DNA of 63,049 nt, the filler included, from Aduncisulcus paluster (taxonomy: Eukaryota), in assembly GCA_024181965.1 (NCBI GenBank). It is 6 parts of 6 records of this genome, joined end to end, with 100 filler letters (N's around TTAATTAATTAA, not from the genome) between each part and the next. Parts side by side here need not be neighbours in the genome. Positions count along the whole stretch, not along the records: positions 53,521 to 63,049 come from BQXS01010863.1; 5 more parts are not named here. One strand, 5' to 3'. The notes below the pieces were generated by a model. That model was not told where the DNA came from, ran no database searches, and saw nothing but the letters and a program-made list of their open reading frames with translations. The position numbers and the translations under genes were made by a program. Every line of letters begins with the position of its first letter. The first letter of the stretch is position 1. Shown one piece after another: positions 54,934-63,049 of the stretch.

Positions 54934-57900
54934 TCATTCAAGATCGAAATACTTGTTCTCAAGCAACTGGATGGCCGTGGGTCGTTGTTGAGTGTCTTCT
55001 ATAGTGCATGCAGACACAATCGCAGACAACTCATCGGGCATGGGGATGAATGACTCAGAATCTGATTGTTCCCAGAGTCGGAATACTTCCTGAATCAACA
55101 CACCGAATGAGAACATGTCACATGCAGGAGTTGGATGAGGTTTTCTATGATTGCTCACATCACGGATAATCTCTGGTGCAATGAACTGATTTGTCGCAAT
55201 TCGTATCGTTTGACTCATGACTCGCAATGTACGTTCACAACAATCGACAGCACCCTCGAAGTCACACAGAAGACCATTTCCAAACGAATCAACAATAACA
55301 TTCTGAGGTTTCAGATCACAATGAACAATTTTCTGTTCATGCAGATATGAAAGACCATGGAGAATGCACTTCAAGATCTTGGTGATATCTTGCAAGGAGC
55401 GAGGAGTAGAAGATGAAGATATCCACTTGCATAAGTCACCTTGTTCATGGAATGGGAACACCAAATATGCACCTTTCTTTTCAGTTTGATAGAGACAATC
55501 TGTGAATGCACCCAATAAGGGAACAATGTATCGACAGTCTCCACATCTACGACTGGTGATGGCAGATCGAAGAAGCTGTGTGAAAGATGCAGAACTGGTA
55601 TCAAGTAGGAAGAACTTTAGAATAACACGCAACTCAGAGTGTTTTCCACCAACATGAGATTGTTCCCAACGAGCTGTGAAGATATTGCCTTCATTCTTAA
55701 ATCCAGCCTGAATGAGTTGTTTGGATCCACTTACGTCAGACCTTGTCAGTTGGTGAATATCACGGAATAGTTCAAGATTCATACCAATAGTGAAGAGGAA
55801 AGGAATGGAAGAAGTAGTCGTAAAATCATCATCCAATACATTGTTCATATTCAGAACAGGGGGGATGGAGAACCCCAAGGAACTCAAGAAGGATGCATGT
55901 TGATGGAGTTCAAAAGAACGATGAAAAAGTACATTCATATGAACACGAACTTTTGAGATGGCTTCTTCGTATTGTTTAAGATTTTCCTTGAGATCTGAGA
56001 TTGTACGCGTAATCGACTCGGCATCATCTGTATCATCAGAGTCCTCACCAGGAAGTGAAGGGAGTGAAATGGAGAATTGGGAAGAAGAAGTGGATGGTGA
56101 AGAAAGTGATTGGCTTCCTTGATCATGTTGTTCTAGGTCTTGACCCTTTTCTTTCAGATCTCGTTGAATCTTATCAAGTTTCTTGGTCAGACTTGCAATC
56201 TTATTCTTGATTAAAAGGATCTCGATTTTTTTAGTCCTCACGAATTCTTTCCTCTTTTCCATATTCTCAGCAATACACATCATTTCAGTTGGACTTTGTT
56301 CAATCCTCTCAACACTCTTACGCATACTGCACAAGTCACACACTCGAAGCACACAACAGCATGCAGTGAGATACATCTCTTCCCTCATTCGAAGATATGC
56401 AATCGCTTGCTCCAACGAACTCGTTTCATTCTTCAGACAATCAAGGAAGAAGGACTCGATATCAGGATTCACACGATGGATTGAGGAGAACTCAAAGACA
56501 GGATGCTTGCAGAATCACTCAATACACCGATCTCTTTCTTGCACTGATCGATCACAATATCTTCAACATCAACGAGGGGCGTATCGGAAATGGTGGACTG
56601 CCTACCATTCACTCGGTCTTTGAGGGAGTTATATTCTTTATCCGTTTCGTCTTTCTGTGACCAACAATCGGACATCAAGGTTCTAGAGAACAAGACATTT
56701 TTGTGAATGAACTCTTTGGGGACATCCATTGAATTGGATGTGAAAGCCGAGTAAATTCTCTCCACGATCCGAAGGTAAACTTGAACACACCTTTCCAATA
56801 ACTTTATGAGCACTATAGTGAAATTTGATATTTTTAGGGTGAGAAATAGTTGATTTATATGAAGTATCATCCGAAGATGAGGAACTAAAACCTGAGGTTT
56901 CGATCAAAGAAGAGCCGGGACCTTTATATGAAGTGTCATCACTGGAATCAGTTTCATCGTGACTACATGATTGCTTAACGCAAAGAACCATGGAAGTAAG
57001 AAGTGAGGAAGAAAATTCATATTTTGAAATATCATCTGTCATTGAACTTTCTTCAAGCTCTTCAGCTTCTTTTTGAGCAATGGCCTCTTTGGTTTTAGTC
57101 TTATCGTTTGCTAACATATTATCAAGCCTGGATTTAAGTTCCTTCACGAGAGGATCAAGATCAAGAGTTTGTACAGCTTCACTCCAAAATTCATTCTCAA
57201 AAAGAACACCTAACTCAAAACAGGAATCTTTCTTGCTTTGAATATCTTCTTTCTTCACACAATCCTCAAAGGTTGAATCAGCATGATGGAATTTGGAGAG
57301 GCTATCCTTCAATTCTTCTGGCAACTCACTTGATTCCAGCAAAGACACTAGTGAGGCATCAACAGAATCATGTTGGTCTCCTCCGAGAAGATATTCGGAG
57401 AGAAATTGTACCAAGAATGAACGCCGAGATTTAATTGCTTTTATCACATGTTCAGTTGTTGATGAAGTGATACGAGAGCAGATATGAAAGCATTTCGAAC
57501 AGATCTTCTCTATCATTGATTTGAGTGCAGTGGAATTTGGATTAACATCGAGCGTTTGGGAACACAATTTACGCAATGCATGCAACTCACAATAACATGG
57601 CTTCTCCGTCACATTGATGGCCTTCATCGCATTATGAACATCGGTATTATTTAGGTGTTCATTGTTGAACACAAGCATGGAGAGAAATCTCCAACGATCG
57701 GGTGAGTCTCTGTAAATATCCTTGGTAGCAAGGTCAGAGACAATTCGGCATGAAATATCGGGATTTTTTTCACCGGATTCTTCCAAAGGGATCAAAGTTC
57801 GGAAGTCTGTCATGAAAGATCTGTGTTTCTTCACGTCGTCGTATTGTTTCTGAACTTCGGGTGAGATGGGGACATCTTGCTTGTCAACTCGAAGAAATAT

Positions 57901-58290
57901 ACCCCCCATTTCACGTTGTAATGATTTAAAATTACGTCCATACGTAGCACCTTGGGATTCAATTTCTTGATTACATAGTGAGAGATTGGCCTTGGAACTT
58001 TCTTTGAAATCAATTATTTGCTGTTCAAGTGTCGCAATCGTTTTATAGGTTTCAGAGAGTGATCGCTCAAACTCAGATTTAAGTGTCGCGATCGTTGTCT
58101 GGGTTTCTTCAAGTCTTTTAATTTGATCTGCTTGTTTTTTGATTTGTTCTGCTTGTTTTTGAATTCGTTCTTCTAGTTTTTTATCCGAATCATCACAAGG
58201 GGTAATAATAGTCGAAGAGGGTGGAATTTCCTTCGAAGGGGTATTATCAGCCCCTTCTTGCTTTTGGACACTAGCAGCTTCAGTACTCAT
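54934..58290 (-). CDS. Coiled-coil protein with a C-terminal atypical Ser/Thr kinase domain (~1,118 aa if two compensating frame breaks are repaired)
   Basis: Kinase motifs VILK, IVPLLGAF, HCDLKPQNV, CDFEG, APE, DMFSFG, RPTA. ORFs 56683-58374, 56469-56870 and 54934-56472 overlap successively (+1 then -1). Confidence 0.72.
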
Positions 58291-58781
58291 TTTGATATTG
58301 TCGCAAAAGATTGATTTCTCCAATTTGAATAAGCTCGAGAAATAAAAATATATCTCCTCATTATCTATGTCCACTCATAAGATAGAACTCTTTGAAAATA
58401 GATCTAATAAGCAAATAAAGGAAGAATCAGACTTCTAAAAATTCAATTTGATCTTCAACAACAAGAAATGAAACTTTTTTTAACTTTCAACTTCAAGTTG
58501 AAATGAGTGGCTATTGATCTGTATGAACAATATGAAGTGAAATAAATGTTTTAGAATGCATAGTATACATATTACCTTTTCATTATTCTTTTAATAGTAG
58601 CTAATTTGAACGGTTCAAACAATCAACAAATTGAAGTTTGCCATCGATGATTTAAATATATCGATATAAAATGATTTTCGATGAAAGACCACGAAAAACC
58701 TATAATTTGATCAAAAATGGCTTCTAAAACTCTTACAACACAGAGAGAAATATTAAGTGTCAATTTTGTCAACATAAACAG

Positions 58782-60929
58782 ATGGATGATATTCCAGAAG
58801 AATTCTTATGCTCTCAGAGTTTCCCTATAGGGTGCTTAGATGTTAGTGATTTGTTTGAAAAACTCCCTGGTCCTCTCCAACAATATGCCATTTCTCTATC
58901 TCGTGCTGTTTGGAGTAGTTTTCCCATTACTCTTTATCAAGTTTCAAAAGAAAGCCCAATTATTTTTAAATTCATTCAAAAAATCTTTTCTGAACCCAAT
59001 CGTAACATTTTAGAAAAGATTCTAACTTCAGATGAATTAACCCAATTAAAGGAATATGCTGCCATGTTTCTAACTCAAGCTGGATGTTATCTTGGATTTG
59101 GAGATAAGAAATTTTTGCCTCGCCTTCCAAAATCTCGCCTTGAATCCATGTGTAAAGAACTGGACTCAAAAGTGGATGGTTCGTCGATTTTTGATACCTT
59201 TCATACATGCATTGAATCTATATATTCTCTTGAAGATACCGAGAAACTGTTAGGAATGCCAAATAAGAATTCCACAACATATTTTGAGGGCTTGACCGAT
59301 GATGAATGTGAACGTGTGAATCAAGCAATGAAAGACCTCAAAATTCCATTTGAAAATACCATAATTAAGGCCGAAATGGATAAAGATGAACCTGTTATAG
59401 TTATTCATTTCGCTTCTATCGATATCGAGGAACCTGTCGATACCAAAGCAGTTATAACTTGTTCTGATGGTTCTACGAAACGCTTACTAACTAAAAAGGG
59501 AATATTTTCTGATGTTTTGAAAACTGTTGTTGTTCATTTAGAAGAAGCTAAACGTCAAGCACCTGGAGAGCTCCAATCCAAGATGCTCGAATATCTCATT
59601 AACCATTACAAACATGGTGCTTTAAAAGATCACATTGACTATAGTGCAGAGTGGGTAAGGGATAAAAAGCCTATTGTTGAGACATACCAAGGGTTTATTG
59701 AGACCTACCGTGATCCAACAGGTCTTCGGGCTGAAATGGAGGGATTCGTTGCACTTGTTAATGTTGAACGGACGGAAACTTACACCTCTCTTGTTTCAAA
59801 GGCTGATATCATCCTTCCTTTGCTTCCATGGGATAGTCTTTTTGAGTGCAAATCATTCACTGCTCCCGCATATACAGCTCTTGAAGTTCTTTCTTTCTCC
59901 ACCACTGGTCTTCCTCTTGCCATCAATCTTCCCAACTTTGATGTCGTCACGCGTTCCATCGGAAGTAAGAATATGACATTACAAAATGTTCTATCTCAAC
60001 GTATGTGTGCTGATGAGCACCCAACTTTTGTTCCTGAAGAAGATCGTCTTGAGTATTTGAGGATTATTACGCCCTGTGAGGAAGTAATGACATCTCTTCA
60101 TGAGTTGTATGGTCATGGGTCTGGACGTTGTATCAAGAAGGATGTTGAGGCAGAGAGTGAAGGGACTTTCACCGATTTCCCCAAGGATGCTGCTTTCCCA
60201 ACTGAAGCCATCTCTGGCATTCACAAACTCCTTGGCTTAGATCTTCCAATGTCCCTTCCAAAGACTCTGGCTGAGGCTAGGAGATATCAAGATGGTGAGA
60301 CATACAATGGTGTGTTCGGTTCGATTGCCTCTTCTATCGAAGAATGTCGTGCAGAATCTGTATCCCTTTATTTGTGTTCATGTTGGGAAGTCCTTCATGT
60401 TTTTGGGATCAAGGAAGAAGAATTCGATAGCTTTGTTCGGATTTGTTGGCTTGGAATGCTAAGGGGCTGTGTTGCTGGACTTGAATTCTACTCCCCAGAG
60501 TCTGAGTGTTGGCTTCAAGCTCATTGTAGGGCCCGTTTCGCCATTTTAAAGACTGTATTGGCTGCAAAGATTGATGGAAAACCTATTATAACTCTCGATG
60601 AGAATGCAAACGTTCACTTACCTGATACCGAAGTCTTACTAAAAATTCCAAGGGATTTCATCTCCGCTCTTGTCTCAAACCTTACAATGAGCAAAGCCAC
60701 TGGTGAAACAAGTCTTTGTGCTTTTGAGAAGTTAACTGAAGTCGATGGCGATTGGTTAGCTATCAGAGAGGCCGTGGTTCGTCAGAAGAAGCCACGTATG
60801 GTGTTTTCCCAATGTATTTTGCCTTCAATTGGGGATGAAAGACTTATTCCTGCCAAAAAGGATCTTGATGGTGTCATCGATGGAGTTATGGTTAACGTGA
60901 CTCGAGCCACTGGAATTCTCAAGATTTGA
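58782..60929 (+). CDS. DPP3: Dipeptidyl peptidase III (peptidase M49)
   Basis: GFGDKKFLP, GFIETYRDP.G.RAE.EGFV, INLPN, HELYGH (HEXXGH), EECRAE, W.QAH..ARF. Confidence 0.97.
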   Translation: MDDIPEEFLCSQSFPIGCLDVSDLFEKLPGPLQQYAISLSRAVWSSFPITLYQVSKESPIIFKFIQKIFSEPNRNILEKILTSDELTQLKEYAAMFLTQAGCYLGFGDKKFLPRLPKSRLESMCKELDSKVDGSSIFDTFHTCIESIYSLEDTEKLLGMPNKNSTTYFEGLTDDECERVNQAMKDLKIPFENTIIKAEMDKDEPVIVIHFASIDIEEPVDTKAVITCSDGSTKRLLTKKGIFSDVLKTVVVHLEEAKRQAPGELQSKMLEYLINHYKHGALKDHIDYSAEWVRDKKPIVETYQGFIETYRDPTGLRAEMEGFVALVNVERTETYTSLVSKADIILPLLPWDSLFECKSFTAPAYTALEVLSFSTTGLPLAINLPNFDVVTRSIGSKNMTLQNVLSQRMCADEHPTFVPEEDRLEYLRIITPCEEVMTSLHELYGHGSGRCIKKDVEAESEGTFTDFPKDAAFPTEAISGIHKLLGLDLPMSLPKTLAEARRYQDGETYNGVFGSIASSIEECRAESVSLYLCSCWEVLHVFGIKEEEFDSFVRICWLGMLRGCVAGLEFYSPESECWLQAHCRARFAILKTVLAAKIDGKPIITLDENANVHLPDTEVLLKIPRDFISALVSNLTMSKATGETSLCAFEKLTEVDGDWLAIREAVVRQKKPRMVFSQCILPSIGDERLIPAKKDLDGVIDGVMVNVTRATGILKI

Positions 60930-61489
60930 ATGATATTGATCTGTTAAACTAGATCTAACAGGATTTAAATGGGACTAATCGCTCAGGGATTATCTCTCAT
61001 TTTACTTGCTGTTGATGTCGTTTTCAAACGTTTAACTCAAAAGTTTTAAGACATAAGACATTTGAACTTAATTTTTTTTACAAGATGTGATTTGAAAAGA
61101 CAAAAAAATAATTCGTAAATAAAGTTCTGATCGATCTAGATTTTTAGTCAGCCTGTCAAATTGAAAAGTTTATCGTGGAATATTCAACTCGACTCGAGTG
61201 ACATCTTTTGATCAATCATTGATCAATGGTTGTTAGATCCACATTAACATACCAACGCTTGGTTCTTTGTTTGGTGTTTACAAGATATGAAGGCAATGTT
61301 TTCGATTGCAACTCTTTGAGCAATATTGTTGGAATGTTGGATCTAAGAATAGTATCTTCCAAATTAAATCCCTAGAATAGGAGATAAGCAATGATAATTG
61401 ATATCGTCATAAGACTATGAGTAGAAATATTCTATTTATATCCATAAATGAGAAGAAGAAAATTCAGGAGATGTTGATAATTGGTATGT

Positions 61490-62644
61490 TCAAATCAACT
61501 TGGCGACTTCTTCTGGATCTTCAGGAAGTTCATCCATTTTTATACTATAAAATTTCTCAATCATTTTAAGTTTAGATTTATCTTCCTTTGTATCACAGAC
61601 AAATGATACAGCTGTTCCTTTTCTCTTGAAACGACCACTTCGACCAACTCTGTGGATATAAGTCTCGCATTTGTCTGGAAGATCATAATTGATAACGAGA
61701 CTCACTTGCTGAACATCAACTCCTCGAGACCAAACATCTGTAACGATCAGCAAACGGACAGCACCACGCCTAAACTTAGTAGTGGCCTCTTGACGTTTTT
61801 CCTGGTCCATACCTCCGTGAACAACAACAAATTCGCATAATTGACGACGTGCTATCTGTTTTGCAAGCCAATCTGCTCTGGCTCGTGTTGATACAAATAT
61901 AACAGCCTGGGTAATAACAACAATACTGAATAAATCAACCAAGACGTCGATTTTGTACGCATCCAGAGTTACATCGAGCATGAAATGCTTAACTTGGATC
62001 ATAGACAGCGAAGATGTTGGAATGAGAATGTGTTCGGCATCAGGACAGAGCTCAGTAGCCAATTCAACAACATCAGGAGGGAGAGTGGCACTAAAGAAAA
62101 TATCTTGAATAGACGAGGGAAGATATTGTCTAATGCGTCTTAATTGTGAACCCATTCCTTCTTTTCCAAGAATTTCATCAGTTTCATCGACCACAATAAT
62201 TTTCACATGGGAAGGGTTGATTAGGCCAGTCGAAATAAAGTGTAATATACGACCAGGAGTACCAGACACCAAATGAACACCCTTAGAAATAACTTTTTTA
62301 TCTTGTTTGACTTCAGTTCCTCCAACAATTGCATGACAGGAGATATTCAAATAATGACCAAGAAGAGATGCACAATGGGCCGTCTGAACAGCGAGTTCAC
62401 GGGTGGGAGAAACTATCAACACCTGTGTCGTCTTGCTCTCAGGAACAATACGTTCAAGGCATCCAATCAAGAAGGCAGCTGTCTTTCCAGTTCCATTCTG
62501 AGCCTGGGCAAGAATACTCTTGTGTTTTATAATTCTAGGAATGGCTTGAGCTTGGATGGGCGAAGGAAGGTGAAAACCATAATCAAAAATTCCTCTCATC
62601 AAAGGAACCTTGATTTTCATTAATTCAAATCGAACAACAGACAT
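61490..62644 (-). CDS. EIF4A3: DEAD-box helicase, eIF4A-III/Fal1-like
   Basis: Q motif GF..PSPIQ, AQNGTGKT, PTRELA, GTPGR, DETD, SAT, ITQAVIF, TDVWSRG (Trp typical of eIF4A-III), HRVGRSGRF. Confidence 0.82.
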   Translation of the reverse strand: MSVVRFELMKIKVPLMRGIFDYGFHLPSPIQAQAIPRIIKHKSILAQAQNGTGKTAAFLIGCLERIVPESKTTQVLIVSPTRELAVQTAHCASLLGHYLNISCHAIVGGTEVKQDKKVISKGVHLVSGTPGRILHFISTGLINPSHVKIIVVDETDEILGKEGMGSQLRRIRQYLPSSIQDIFFSATLPPDVVELATELCPDAEHILIPTSSLSMIQVKHFMLDVTLDAYKIDVLVDLFSIVVITQAVIFVSTRARADWLAKQIARRQLCEFVVVHGGMDQEKRQEATTKFRRGAVRLLIVTDVWSRGVDVQQVSLVINYDLPDKCETYIHRVGRSGRFKRKGTAVSFVCDTKEDKSKLKMIEKFYSIKMDELPEDPEEVAKLI

Positions 62645-62917
62645 CTATGAAAAATAACAAAATGAATACTACAAAAGAAAGAAAATGAAGAATTTTTAAA
62701 GGAAGAGGAAATGCTTATTCAAAGCCAAAACACGTTTTCTGGTATGATTAGGTCTAACCGAGCTATTCTTCCGAGAACAATCAAAATATCGTCATAGTAT
62801 TGTTCAATATTCAATAATATACTTAATCAAATGCAACTTCTACCCCCTAGTCATTACTTGTGTGCATTGGTTAAAAATAGATATTTTGATTGGGTCTGTT
62901 ATATTTGTTTTGGCGAT

Positions 62918-63049
62918 ATGGGGAAGATCTCTGTTTCTAAATTTATTAATCTTCTACTCGAAGAAACCGTTTCAATCGTTGAAAAGGTTGAAGGTTCAGA
63001 GAAAAGTGATGATTTGAGACGAAGTGTCCTTGCTGAAAAAAAGCCCACA
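62918..63049 (+). CDS. N-terminal fragment of an unknown protein, running off the window
   Basis: MGKISVSKFINLLLEETVSIVEKVEGSEKSDDLRRSVLAEKKPT is open to the window end. Confidence 0.45.
   Translation, partial: MGKISVSKFINLLLEETVSIVEKVEGSEKSDDLRRSVLAEKKPT

Noticed and set aside
56515-56685. Stop-codon readthrough or an alternative genetic code linking the kinase ORFs
   Set aside because: The shared frame contains TAG, TAA and TGA stops, while another frame is fully open. Other genes end in TAA, TAG or TGA normally, so the standard code fits.
1-63049. tRNA, rRNA, CRISPR arrays, transposase or reverse transcriptase genes
   Set aside because: None were recognised by eye. Isolated GTTCGAA strings lack cloverleaf context. 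A covariance-model search could still find small RNAs.

Overview
This is eukaryotic DNA, not bacterial. It is a gene-dense, intron-poor, AT-rich genome of a flagellated and probably anaerobic or microaerophilic protist. My inference is a free-living fornicate/metamonad (Carpediemonas-like, e.g. Aduncisulcus), but the sequence alone cannot prove this. The window is six unrelated contigs joined by artificial 100-nt N44-TTAATTAATTAA-N44 spacers, so neighbourhood arguments hold only within a contig. Three 20-N gaps with duplicated flanks split or duplicate real genes. The best finding is a giant (at least ~3,620 aa after gap repair) RNF213/mysterin-like AAA+ ATPase with a CBM20-like N-terminus and a Cys-rich insert in AAA3. 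It shares a contig with AK7, a class I sirtuin, an intron-containing NEDD8/Rub1-like gene and a USP. Other genes: ArgRS, an AAAP amino-acid transporter, a CCDC81-like coiled coil, a bacterial-type class III FBPase fragment, an alpha2delta/Cache-VWA fragment, PlsC, TFIIH p34, LBP/BPI, NSUN2, a START protein, two tandem bacterial-type flavodoxin-fold quinone reductases, a CFAP97D-like protein, TFIIF-beta, an atypical coiled-coil kinase, DPP3 and eIF4A-III. Several genes show single-base reading-frame breaks, mostly +1 and next to short homopolymers. Short 5'-proximal GTATGT introns are visible. All family assignments come from recalled motifs, not from database searches.
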